In this document: positions 12,557 to 25,859 of the stretch, one piece after another | How the letters are laid out: each line of letters starts with the position of its first letter | Numbering within the stretch: the first letter of the stretch is position 1 | Assembly: GCA_028534125.1 (NCBI GenBank) | Contig: CM052818.1 | Span: 33,358,001 to 33,421,703, forward strand | Direction: 5' to 3' | Origin: Lama glama | Lineage: Eukaryota | Length of the DNA stretch: 63,703 bases | Notes under the pieces: generated by a model | The model's input: only the letters and a program-made list of their open reading frames with translations | Told to the model about the DNA's origin: nothing | Databases searched by the model: none | Position numbers and translations under genes: made by a program

Positions 12557-15500
12557 TTTGTGGCATGGCCAATATGGTGGAGAAGGAAGACCTTGAACTC
12601 ACTTCCTCCCACAGGCACATCAAAATTACTACTGTTTATAGAGCAACTATCTATGAGAATGGCATGAAGACTAGTAGAATATTTTTCACAACTAAAGATA
12701 TAAAGAAGGAACCACAACGAGATGAGTAGGAGGAGCACACACGCAGTACAGACAAGACACATACCCTGGGGCAAGTAACCTGCAAATAGGAGGAAAATCA
12801 CAATTACAGAGGATTTCCCCAAGGAATAAAGGGTCTGAGCTTGAAATTGGGCTCCCTAGTCTAGGGGTCGTCACGAGGAAGATGAGCCCCCAGAACACAG
12901 GGCTTTGAAGGCCAATAGAGCTTGCATATAAGAGAGCCAAAGGGCTGTAGGTAACAGAGAATCCACTCTTAAAGGGCATGCACAAAATTTCATACATTCT
13001 GAGTACCAGTACAGAGGCAATAATTTGAAAAAAGCCTGCGTCAGACCCACCTGCTCATCTTGGAGAGCCTCCCAGAGAAGCAGGAGGCAACTGGGATTGC
13101 CCATGGGAACAGAGATCCTGGTGGCAGCCATTTTGGGGAGCTCACAATATCACAAAGACACTGGTGCTCACAAGTGCCACTGAGTTCTCCCTCTAGCCTA
13201 TTAGCACCAGTGACTTACTGGCCGACCAAAAGACCAACACCAGCCCTGGGACCCCACTCTAGACCTCACTGCCAGATGCACCTGGACCTGGCAACATCTA
13301 CCAGCAGGTTTGAACAGAAAAAAGAATTTTTAAAAATGAAGATAGTTTAAGAGACCTCTGGTACAACATCAAGTGTGCCAGCATTCATGTTATAGGAATC
13401 CCAGAAGGAGAAAAGAGAGAGAAAGGGGCATAAAAATTTTTAGAAGAAGAAATAGTTAAAAACTTCCCTAACCTGAGGGAAAAAAAACATTCAGGTCCAG
13501 GAAGTACAGAGTCCCAAACAAGATGAACCCAAAGAGGTCCACACCAAGACACATTATGATTAAAATGCAAAAAATAAAATAAAGAGAGAATATTAAAAGC
13601 AGCAAGAGAAAAGCAACTAGTTACATATAAGGGAACCCCCATAAGACTATGAGCTGACTTTTTAGCAAAAACATTGCAGGCCGGAAAGGAGTGGCATAAT
13701 ATATTCAAAGTGATGAAAAGATAAAAACCTACAATAAGTATATTTTACCTGGCAAGGCCATCATTCAGATTTGAAGGAGAGATAAAGAGTTTTACAGACA
13801 AGAAAAGCTGAAACAGTTTAGCACCGCTAAACTAACTTTACAAGAAGTATTAAAGGGACTTCTGTAAGCGGAAAAGAAAAGACTACAACTAGAAACATTA
13901 AAAGTACAAAAGAAAAGTCATTGGTAAAGGCAAACATACACTAAAGATAAACCACTTTTAAAGCTAGTAGGAAGGTTAAAAAACAAAAGCAGTAAAATCA
14001 TCTATATTCACAATAAGTAATTAAGGGATACAAAAACAAAAAGATATAAAATATAATGTTGAAAACATTCAATGTGGCAGCAGGGGAAGAGTAAAAATGC
14101 AGTTGTTAGAATGTGTTCAAATTTAAGACATCATCAACTTAAAATAATAACTTTACATACGTGTGTGTGTGTGTGTATATATATACACAATACATGAACC
14201 TCATAGTAAACACAAATCAAAAATCTATAATAGATACATATACAAACAAGAGAAAGGAATTGAAACATAACACTAAAGATAGTCATCAAATCACAAGGGA
14301 AGAGAGCAAAAGGAGAAAAAAGGGAACAACCAAAAAAAAAAAAAAAAACCTACAAAAACAACCAGAAAGCCATTAACAAAATGGCAATAAGTACATACCT
14401 ATCAATAATTACATTAAATGTTAACTAAATGCTCCAATCAAATGACTGAATGGGTTAAAAAAACAAAAAAAAACCAAGACCCATATGTTCGCTGCATACA
14501 AAAGACTTACTTTAGTGCTTACAACATACACAAACTGAAAGTGAGGGAATGGAAAAAGGTATTCCATGCAAATGGAAACAAAAAGAAAGTTGGAGTAGCA
14601 ATACTTACATCTGACAAAATAGACTTTAAAACAAAGACTGTCACATGAGACAAAAAAGAACATTACATAATGATCAAGGGATCAATCCAACAAAAAGGTA
14701 TAACAATTGTAAATCTATACACACTCAACTTAGGAGCACCTAAACACATAAAGTAAATATTAACAAACATAAAGGGAGAAATTGACAGTAATACAGTAAT
14801 AGTAAAGGACTTTAAACTGTTTGCAGATAACATAACACTATTACAGAAAATTCTAAAGATGCTACCAAAACCTATTAGAGCTAATAAATGAATTCAGTAA
14901 AGTTGCAGGATACAAAACTCATAGAGAAATCTGTTGTATTACTATATACTAACAAAAAACTATCAGAAAGAGAACTTAAGGAAACAATTCCATTTACAAC
15001 TACATCAAAAAGAATAAAATATCTGGAAATAAATCTAACCAAGGAGGTTAAAAAAAAAAAGACCTTTTATTTGGAAAACAGTAAGATACTGATGAAAGAA
15101 ATTAAAGACAAAAGGAACAAATGGAAAGATATGCCACAATCATGGATTGGAAGAATTATTACTGTTAAAATCACCATACTACCCAACACAATCTATAGAT
15201 TCAATGCAATCCCTTTCAATATACTAATGATATTTTTCACAGAACTACTACAAATAATTCTAAAATTTCTATGGAAACACAAAAGACTTCAAATAGCCAA
15301 AACAATCTCGAGAAAAAAGAACAAACTTGGAGGTATCACATGCCCTGATTTCAAATAGTACTACAAAGCTACAATAATCAAAACAGTATGGTACTGGCAC
15401 AAAAACACACATAGATAAATGAAACAGAATAGAGAGCCCAGAAATAAGCCCATGTTTACTTGTATGGTCAATTAATCTACGACAAAAGAGGTGAGAACAT

Positions 15501-16245
15501 ACAGTAGGAAAAGACAGCCTCTTCAATAAATGGTCTTGGGAAAATAGGACAGCCAGATGCAAAAAAATAAAACTAGACTACTTGCTCACATCATATGCAA
15601 AAAGTGAACTTATAATGGATTAAAGACTTAAATGTAAGCCCTGAAATCATAAAACTAGAAGAAAACATGGACAGTATGCTCTTTGACATCAGTCTTAGCA
15701 ATGTTTTTTTTTAGAAAGGTCTTCTCAGGCAAGGAAAACAAAAGCGAATGAAAACAAATGGGACTACATCAAACTAAAAGCTTTTGCACAACAAAGGAAA
15801 CTATCAACAAAACTAAACTAAAAGGCAGCCTACTGCATGGGAGAAGATATTTGCAAGTGATATATCTGATAAGGTGTTAATAACCAAAAAAGACAAAAGA
15901 AGCCATACCACAAACAGTCACACAACATCAAAAAAAGAAAAGAAAAGAAACAACCTGATTAAAAAATGGGCAGAAGATCTGAACAGATATTTTTCCAAAG
16001 ACGACATACAGATGGCCCACAGAGACATGAAAACATGCTTGACATCAGTAATCATCAGAGAAATGCGAATCAAAACTACAATGAGATATCACCTCAGATC
16101 TATTAGATAGAATGTGAGGATGTGTAGAAAACAGAACCCTCATGCACTGTTGACAGGAATGTAAATTGGTACAGTCACTGTGGAAAACAGTATGGAGGTT
16201 CCACAAAAAGTTAAAAATAGAATTACCATATGATCCAGCAACACT
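12557..16245 (+). mobile_element. Degenerate L1 with 5'UTR, partial ORF1, endonuclease and ORF2 C-terminal half; internally deleted, no 3'UTR
   Basis: 5'UTR starts aatatggtggagaaggaagaccttgaactcac. ORF1-like sequence at 13320-13890. EN peptide at 14418..14648 (KLKVREWKKVFHANGNKKKVGVAILTSDKIDFK). ORF2 peptides at 14888..15358 and 15874..16110. Many stops and frameshifts. Confidence 0.95.
14161..14176. repeat. (GT)8 microsatellite in the L1 inter-ORF region
   Basis: gtgtgtgtgtgtgtgt read directly. Confidence 0.9.
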
Positions 16246-17989
16246 AACCAGGTTTCTGGGTATCATTCATTCCAACAATATAGTCATAATGTAAGAACAA
16301 AGCTGCAGCAAATGTGTTCAAGAAAGCAAAGGGATCTTCAGAACATGGTAGAAAGAGAGCACGTATCACTGTGACATTATTTTGTCATAAAACAAGATCA
16401 AAATCTAAGTGTCCTGTTAATCTCTCTCTCTCTTTTTTTCTTCTAACATATGACATTCTAATCAAGGGTTACAGGTTCCTTCTCTTACTCCAAACCCTGG
16501 GGGGTGCACTTATTTAAAAAGGTTGGGGGAGTGGAACATTGGGTAACAGTGAATACAAATCCCAGCTCAACAAAAAAGAATAAGACTGAAAACCCCCAAG
16601 GATACTTAACAGCCTGTTGTGTCTCCGCATAAGGGAGGCAATGGTGGCCAGGGGCCATAGAAGGCAAGGTGTGGGCTAGAACAGTACGTCTCAAACTATC
16701 CACAGTGAAGAAACAGTTACTATTTATTTTGTGTTGTTTTTCCTAATCCTCCACAGATTGAAGGCTTCATAAAATACATAAAAATGAGTTAATATAAAAA
16801 GAAAAAAATTTTAAAACATCAAAATGCAAACCCAATATTTTTATCATTACAGCCAACAGACATATGATTATTCTGTCAAACTGCTTTAAATGTTTCTAAA
16901 GACTATCAATTCTGTACTTATCTTGTCATGAACCAAAACATACATTTGGGGTAGCACTGACTTAAAAGGTTTTGACTGCATCCTTTCCTCTTCCTCATCT
17001 TCACAGGTTGATCATTGAGTTAGGTGAGTAAACATGGCAGCTGCAGGTATGAAAACTTCAGCAAGTCTGAAACATGGGTCACCAGGAGCCTTAATATTCA
17101 CTTTTACATCCTTTGAACCCTGACTATTAGCCTCATTTCCCTCCTCCTTCTCCCCAATCATTTTATTATATATTGTTTCCTGGCAGATTTCTCTTTGTAA
17201 ATACAATCCCAATCAAAGTACTACTCAAAAAAATTACTCAACTCCTTAGTTGAGTATTTAAGGCTTTACCTAAGTCATTACACCTTTAAAAAGCTTTTCC
17301 TTTCTTCTCTCCCACTAATCAGTGTACATGTTCTATGATTTAGCCAAACTAGATCATTCTCGTATTCTCCAAATGTGTTTTCATTGCCACCTGAAACCAT
17401 GCTCATTCTTTGTCTAGCTTCTCTCTACCAGTATGAGTCTTTCAGGCCCATCCTGTGTCACCTCCTTTATAAAAGTCTTTTCTAACCAGATGTAATCTCT
17501 CACCAACGCACTGAAGAACTCTGTACTTCTCTTACGGGATTTAAAATCATTATGACTTGCATTACTATTGTGTACGCAATCATCTTATGCCCCAAATCAG
17601 ATATTACTTTTATTTGAACTGTAGGTCTGCCGATTGAAAAAATGGATTAATGACAATAGATGAGGGTGATAAACTGACATCACCCCTGTCAGGTGCCAGG
17701 TGGTAACCTTACGATGTGGGTAGAGAAAATGTCACCGAAGAGAAAACAGCTCCAAATAAAAAATGGTCAACCTGTAATGAGCACATCCCATAATTCCTGT
17801 CACCGTCACTGCGCTACCTGGTTCCAATCCATACTTCCCTTTCTGAATTATAGGTGGCAACACCTCCCCCATAAACAGGCTAAAAAAATAGAGCAAATTC
17901 AAAAAGACAATATGAAGGGATTCATCTATACTTGCCTTAAAAAAACCAACTGCATAAAACAGGATTCATAAAACAAGGAAGTATGATTT

Positions 17990-18190
17990 TTTTCACAAGC
18001 TCAGTAAATACTAATCAGCATTGACCTGATCAATCCTGTCTGATGTATTTCTGGGCACCACAGTTTAAGACAGATGCTGGCAAACTGGAATATATTCCTG
18101 AAGAGAAGTATGAGCATAGTGAAGGATTTAAAAACTTATGACATAAAAGTGTAAAGGACTAAAGACGTCTAGCCTATAAAAGAAGAGAAT
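17990..18190 (+). mobile_element. CR1/L3 LINE fragment
   Basis: ttctgggcaccacagtttaagacagatgctggcaaactggaatatatt...gtctagcctataaaagaagaga resembles the L3 RT C-terminal region. Confidence 0.55.
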
Positions 18191-18209
18191 CTCTGGTTGT
18201 TTGAATATA

Positions 18210-18944
18210 AGTGTTTCTGCTGTAATGTGATATATGCATTCCTTTAAAAAAAACTGCATTCTAGTAAATTACACATTAAGAATAAAAGGTTTATGAGAAA
18301 AATATGGTAAGGCTAGACCTTACCTTACAGTTGCCTATACAACTATGTAACCACAGCATTAACAAAAACCAAAGTAATTCCAGTAACTATTATACTTAAA
18401 ATGGCATGCAATACTCCTAATAAACAAAGAACTGTTATACTAAATACAGGACTTTTAAAAAGCTACAGGCTACTTAATGAAAGGGCCTACAGGAAAGATG
18501 GAAACTGCTGAGTTAACAGGAAAGAGCAGAGGGTCATCATCATTAGAAGTTACAGTGGAGAAGCAGGTTTTGGACAAAGTGTAATGATGCCAGAGAGGGA
18601 GAGCTCTGGATTATTGTCTTGTGTTTTCTTTTCCACAAAGATGGGGAGAAGCCATGCAATAAATACTTAAATACAGAGTGTACTGAAAAATTGAGCCAAG
18701 TGGAAGGATATGGAGTGAATGCACATTGTGTGCCATACAATACCCTCCACAGCTTGCTAAGCTCCTCTGCCTTAGTGTCCTTTCATTCAGCTGCTGTTAT
18801 TTAGTGGTCAAACTATTAATATGCTATGAAATATAAACTCTAAACCATGGCAACTTTTGCATTATACTGACGTGCTCCTACTATTTATCAATCATTTATG
18901 AACTAATTCATGTTGCAGATTATGCTATGTAGCAAATACACTGT
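18210..18944. mobile_element. Old TcMar-Tigger element (Tigger15-like)
   Basis: Imperfect inverted termini agtgtttctgctgtaatgtgat / tatgctatgtagcaaatacactg, followed by TA. atatatgcattcctttaaaa follows the left terminus. Confidence 0.45.
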
Positions 18945-19037
18945 ACTTGAAGAACTTTCAGTATACATGGGGATAGAGTAGCAAAGCAGGTCAACTGATA
19001 GACATCTGAGATACAGCTCCATTCTAAAATTATAATT

Positions 19038-19912
19038 TAGAAGATGGCCAATAGGCACGTGAAAAGATGCTCAACATCGCTAACTATTAGAGAAAAGGAA
19101 ATCAAAACTACAATGAAGGTCAGAATGGCCATCATTAAAAAGTCTACAGATAACAAATGCTGGAGAGGGTATTGAAAAAAGGGAACCCTCCTACACTGTT
19201 GGTGGGAATGTAAATTGGTGCAGCCACTATGGAAAACAGTGTGAAGTTTCCTTAAAAAACTAAAAACAGAGTTGCTGTATGACCCAGCAAATCCACTCCT
19301 GGGCATGTACTTGGAGAAAACTATAATTTGAAAAGATACATGCACCCCAGTGTTCATAGCAGCACTACTTACAGTAGTCAAGACATGGAAACAACCTAAA
19401 TGTCCATCAACAGATGACTGGATAAAGATGTGACATATATACACACAATGGAATACTATTCAGCCATAAATAAGAATGAAATAGTGCCACTTGCAGCAAC
19501 ATGGATAGACCTAGAGATTATCATACTAAGCGAAGTAAGTCAGAAAGAGAAAAACAATTACCATATGATATCTCTTATAAGTAGAATCTAAAATATGACA
19601 CAAATAAACTTATTTACAAAACAGAAAGAGACTCATAGACATAGAAAACAAACTCACGGTCACCAAGGGGAAAGGTGTGGGGGAGGGACAAATTAGGAGT
19701 TTGGGGTTAGCAGATACAAACTACTATATATAAAACAGATGAGCAAGGTCCTACTGTACAGTACAGAGAACTATATTCAATATCCTATAATAAAACATAA
19801 TACAAAAGAATATGAAAAAGAGTACCTATATATGTATAATTGAATCACATTTTTGTACACCAGAAACTAATACAACATTGTAAATCAACTGTACTTCAAT
19901 TTTTTTAAAAAA
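19038..19912 (+). mobile_element. 5'-truncated L1 (ORF2 end plus complete cetartiodactyl-type 3'UTR)
   Basis: gatggccaataggcacgtgaaaagatgctcaacatc...ggagtttggggttagcagatacaaactac...gtaaatcaactgtacttcaat, then an A-rich tail. Confidence 0.93.
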
Positions 19913-19934
19913 GCAAATATAATAGTGGGAAAAA

Positions 19935-21369
19935 GAAAAACTAGGAATAAACTTATCTAAGTAGGTAAAAGAGCTGTACTCAGAAAACTGTAAGATCCTG
20001 AAAAAAGAAATTGAAGAGAACACAAACAGATGGAAAGCTATACTGTGTTCATGGATTGGAAAAATTAATATTGTTAAAATGACCATACTACCAAAGGTAG
20101 CCTACAGATTCAATGCAATCCTTATCAAAATACCAATGGCATTTTTTTAACAGAACTAGAACAAATCATTCTAAAATTTGTATGGAAACACAAAAGACCT
20201 CAAATAGCCAAAACAATCTTGAGAAAGGAAAACAAAGCTGGAGGCATCACACACCTTAATTTTAGACTATACTACAAAGCTACAGTAATCAAAACAGTAG
20301 TACTGGCACAACAGACACATGGATCAATGGAACAGAATAGGAAGCCCAGAAATAAACCTACACATCTGTGGTCAATTAATCTATGACTAAGAATATACAA
20401 TGAAGAAAAGACATCCTCAATAAGTGGTGCTGGCAAAACTGGACATATACATGTAAAAGAATGAAATTAGAACATTTTGTCACATCATATACAAAAATAA
20501 ATTAAAATAGATTAAAGATCTCAATGTAAGCTATGAAACCATGAAATTCCCAGTAGAAAACATGACATAAATCATAGCAACATTTTTTGCATCTATCTCC
20601 TAGGGCAAAGAAAGCAAAAGTAAAAATAAACAAATGGTACCCAATTAAATTTAAAATTTTTCACACAGCAAAGGAAACCACTGACAAGACAAAAAGACAA
20701 TCTACTGAATGTGAGAAAATATTTGCAAAATGACATGACCAATAAGGGGTTAATATCCAAAATATACAAACAGCTCATATAACTCAATATCAAAATAAAT
20801 AAATAAATAAACATAACAATTTTTTAAAATGGGCACAAGAACTGAAATAGACATTTTTCCAAAAAAAGACATACACATGGTCAACAGGCACATGAAAATA
20901 AGCTGAATATCACTAATCATCAGAGAAATATAAATCAAACCCCCAATGAGGTATCACCTCACACCTGTCAGAATGGCTATCATCAAAAAGATCACAAATA
21001 AATGCTGGTGAAGCTGTGGAGGAAAGGGAATCCTTGTAAACTGTTGGTGGGAATGTAAATTGGTGCAGTCACTATGGAGAACAGTATGGAGGTTCCTCAA
21101 AAACTAAAAATAAAACTACCACATGATCCAGCAATTCCAGTCCTGGGTATTTATCCAAAGAAAACAAAAACACTAATTTGAAAAGATACATGCACCCCAA
21201 TGTTCATGGTGTATTACATACAACAGCTAAGTTATGGAAGTATTTTACTAAAATAAGTCAGTTTCTATCAACAGATGAATGGATAAATGTGGTATTTATA
21301 CACAATGGAATACTACTCAGCCATAAAAAAGAATAAAATAATGCCATTTGCAGCAACATGGATGGACCA
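19935..21369 (+). mobile_element. L1 ORF2 3' fragment (older, L1MA-like), truncated at both ends
   Basis: ctaggaataaacttatctaag...atggattggaaaaattaatattgttaaaatgaccatactacc...gccatttgcagcaacatggatggacc. Confidence 0.92.
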
Positions 21370-23881
21370 CATTCTCTTCAGTTGAGAAATTCCGAGATGC
21401 ACACCTGGGCCCAAGTAGGACAGACATGGGAAAGTTGGTTTATGTCTAACTGTAATCTGTTTTCTGCTATGTGGACTACGGAAGCAGAGGATTTGTACTA
21501 CATTTCCTGTTTAATTTATACTAGTTTGTGCTGGAGTTCTACCACCCATAAATAAGGAATCCTAACTAACACAGAAGTTTTTTTTAACTGACTGAGTTTT
21601 TTGTAAGTCATTTATCTAACCCTTTGACTTACCTCAGAATAAAATTCAGATGCTGAAGTCATGACTCATTTACAGAGTTAATTCATTCTATCCCATGAAA
21701 GAACGATATATGCTTATAGTATAATATAAAGCAAAATCATATCACTGAGTATTTAACGGCTTTTTCACTCTAACATAAAAAATTCTATTTGTAGATAAAA
21801 CAGGTACATTTGAAAATATGAGTGAATGATAGCTTCATAATAGGGTAATGAAATTTCATTTCACTGTAGCAAATTGGTAGGATATGTAGCCAAACTCCAT
21901 GATATCTTAATAGTTAAAAATTCTACTTTACCTTTCACTTCATTAGATTAGGAGAATCCAAATGCAAATAATATGTAAAGCCATTCCTAACACAAACTTA
22001 GTTTTAAGAGTATAACCAAATGTTCCAAGATTATGACACAGCTTTAGGAACTTTGATCTTAAAACCTTCAGTATGTATTCTGGATTACTTCTGGTCTGCA
22101 GGTAGATTTTTTTTTTTTGCATTAGTTTTGTGTTGTACAGGGTTTCTCTTTTTCTGTCCTTGCTGTTTTACTCTCTTTGTAGGAACTAAAGATCCAGAAA
22201 GACATTAGTGCTGCAAGGGAGGCATTTCCATCTATGGCAGAAAAGTCACTTCATTGTACTTTTGGAAGGGAAAAAATGGGTTCCCATTGTGCCAAATAGA
22301 ATTCAATGTTTCCCTACCTGACTGGCAAGGAAAGCAAGGGCATGATAATATAAAGTCAAAATCCTTGAACATAAAATATGGAAATTTGATTTTGAAGAGA
22401 AAAAAATTCACATAGATTATGATCTAAGAAGTATTTTTTTTCCTTTGACCCCCAATAACATGAGCAGAGACAACACTAAGTTTCAATACCATTCAAACTG
22501 ATAAGGCGCAACACATCAAACGAAGGCACTATAACTGTAAATTATGGATTAAAGTGATTATATGAACAATGTACTCTCATATACTACTGAATTTAGTTTT
22601 AAGTGAGGTGAAATAGGGTTTTAACTGGAATACATGGCAATCAATGAGTCTGTGATCTAAGAGTTTCCAAGGAGACTGTTGGCTGTTCTAATAGGACACA
22701 GTAATTGCTGAAACCAAATCAATTATGCCTGGTTATCACAGATCTAATATGTATATTTTCCACACCAGGAGTATTGAGAAACTAATATAAATTGCTGACT
22801 TCCATTCTCACTTGGACTTTACAACTCTTGGATACAGAGCAGGAAAATAGTCAACTAGAAATCAAAAATGAAAATTTAATAAGGCACAAAGATCCCACGT
22901 TTTACTTAGGGGAAAAGAAACTAATAAATCCCTTGGATGGAATGTAAAAAAAAAAAAAGTATTCCCTAATCTTTTCAATGTCTATAGTTTATATTCTTCC
23001 AGACCATAATTCTAATCATTATCAAGATTAATATTATTTATGACTATTATAATACACAGAAAAACTTGTACAAGGATCCTATCTTCTCAGTAGACTGTTA
23101 TAAATATCATTAACTCTTTGAACATCAAATGAGGAAGGCAGAAATTCTTCTTACATTAAGCCAGAGCTACACCGCCACAGGCTCAACTTGGCACTGAGGT
23201 CCTATCTTAAACTGCAACTCAAGTCCTCATCTATGATAAACCTGGGCCTTCATCTTAAGGCTTTCTGTTCAGTACTGGCTGGTTCCCCGGTCCATTCAGT
23301 TTCTTTCACACTAACCACAGCCTAGTGAAGATTTGGATTTCACCTCTTCTTCACAAAGCATTTGCAGAGCCCTCCCCAAAGCAGCTATTCCCGAGCCTCA
23401 TCTTGCCTGCACCACATTTTAAAGAATGCCATACTCATTGGCCTAACTCAATTCTGGGTTTCTTCATGACAGTCCGACTTTGAAGGTCCTGAGATCAACT
23501 GCTAACATAAATAAAGAAAATGAAATGCCAGTCGGCACAGCACAGTTAATATGCAATACTACTTAAAGACGGAATACATATTAAGATAATTTCTAAGAGA
23601 GTCTTTCATCCCCAAAAGATTATTAACTAAAGGCAATTTTTTCTAATGTTTAATTTACTTATAGTAATTTTATCTTACAAGGAAAATCCATTTTAAAATT
23701 ATTTTTAGGGCTACTATTTTAGCTTCTAGGTAATAGTGACTCAGTGGATCTTCATGCAACAACATTTTTAATAGAATTCATCACCTGGACAAAATGCTGG
23801 CACACCATACAAATATTCAGAGTTAAATAATTACTTTAAAAGCTCATTTATATTCTCATACTGATAATCATAGACTTTTAC

Positions 23882-23956
23882 CTTGAGCAGGTATGTGGGA
23901 ATATTGCTGAAATCGACCGGCAACTTCAAAAGGAAACGAGCTGAAAATTCACCAGT
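23882..23956 (-). CDS. BABAM2: BABAM2 internal coding exon (exon 6 by human numbering, about residues 166-190)
   Basis: Minus strand reads ttttttccccacag|ACT GGT GAA TTT TCA GCT CGT...CTG CTC AAG|gtaaaa. 75 nt, phase 0/0. Encodes [25 protein letters not shown], the direct continuation of ...KKNNW. Too short to appear in the ORF track. Confidence 0.96.
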
Positions 23957-25859
23957 CTGTGGGGAAAAAAAGATATAATAATAAGATTAAAATCCAGAAT
24001 CGATTGTGAAGTGACAATTACAGCCAAGGCCACAAGTTCAACCTGTTCAAACTGCAGGCATCTTCAATTTGGGTTTTCTCACATCAAGCAAGAAAAGAAG
24101 GTTGAAAAAGTAGGGGAGGATCAAAAAGCACTATTAAATTATTAGTTACTAAAAAGCACAATTAGGATTTTTTAAATCTGCATTTTAAATGTGCAGTAGA
24201 ATTATAATGCAGTAGTACTACCTTTTTGTTTTTTAAAAGTATGAAAAGAATACATGAATGTATGATTGTTTTAATTCAAACAATAGGCACAGACCTGCCC
24301 ATTCAATTCATTTGATTTTACTAAAGCATTCAGACCACTTCACTAATACTTAACAACCCATAAGCTAATGACATATATCACCATCCTTTACAGTACGTCT
24401 GGAAGTAAAAACAAAGGTCAAACTTGTACCTACCCATATAAACCAGTTACATCAGTGGGTACCCCAAGTAAGAGTCTAATCTCCTGACAATCTGTTACTA
24501 TCATTATCACCAACTAGTATTTTTCAGTAACTCTTTCTATGAACTAGTCTCTATAGGAAAGATGTACAGAGGTTTGGTGATTTAAAACATTTAACTACGC
24601 TTAAGTAATAGCTTCTATTTTTTTCTAAAAGAGAAAGCTCATATAAAAGAAGTTTCCCTCTCCATTTATGATGATGGGAAATCATCATAATTTTTTTTTC
24701 TTTTTATGATGGGAAAGGCTAAGGAATTGCAGTTTTTCCAAGTGGCCTCTGCAGACACCTAGGGGTTCTAAGGAATTCTGCCATGCAATAAAGTGTGCTG
24801 AGCTGGTGGGGTCCTGGGGCTTCTAGCCTCTCTGACTGCAAGCCTGGAGTGCAGCTTGGGATTTTGACATAGTGGGTTTCACTATGACATGTTGTTTGAA
24901 TAAAGAACTCTGGGGATGAGTTAGAACTACTCTAAAGAGTAGATCCCTATGTTTATCATGTTGTTACCACTAAAAAGCTCCCTAAATCTCCACTGCCTTC
25001 CCTCCTTAAAAAAACAGCACCTCAAATTCCCTAAAACACATCTTTAAACACAGCAGGCATTTACAAATATTTTTTACGGATGAGTTGATGAACACACGTA
25101 AGGACGCGTGCCCACCTCTTACAGAAGATTCCACAACAGTCACCACTCCTTTCTACAAACACCCAAGCAACTAGCTTCAAGGTCCTGGCCCTAATTTTAA
25201 AACTCTGACCTAAAACCTTGAAAATGAAAACAGAAATATAAACCTTGAGCTCAAAAGATAAAAATGATAACTCTATCTGCATAGCTGGGTGTTGTTTGTT
25301 TTACTGCTTACAACATCTTTTAACTTACATCAACGTCTGGCTAAGGACAGAGCACTTCTTTATCACCACAAGCCTGACCCCATGACAGAAAAGCCAGAAG
25401 AGAGAGAAGTGAATGGAAAAAATCAAAGCTGAGGTCACAGAATACATTCCACCACCAAAGAAATGACAATGGTGACAAACAGCGCTAGTCCTTAGAGCTG
25501 AGCAGCTGCGTTCTTCCTTTGATATTTATTCCTCATTTTAGTAAATGGTAATTCCATTCTTTAGTCTCAGGCAAGAAACCTCAGAATCATCCTTGACACA
25601 GCATAGAACATCAATACATGCAGACTATTCTCAACTCAGTACTTGATAGAATAGTTAAGAGCCACCTAAGTAAGGATCTATAAACAGCTCCACATGGTGA
25701 ACGGGAGGAGGTTTGTGAAAGATCCTACTTAAATTCTTACTTCTGTTACAGTCCCAGATTATTAGAAAGGTGTGGTTTTAGGGTTATTTTAAACTCTAAG
25801 AGGACTAACATACCCTGTGAAGTGTGATTCTATGGACCTAAGTACAAGTTTCATTTATC

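Noticed and set aside
12358..20938. Many 60-156 aa ORFs on both strands
   Set aside because: Most fall within L1 copies, as sense remnants or typical antisense L1 ORFs; none resembles a host gene.
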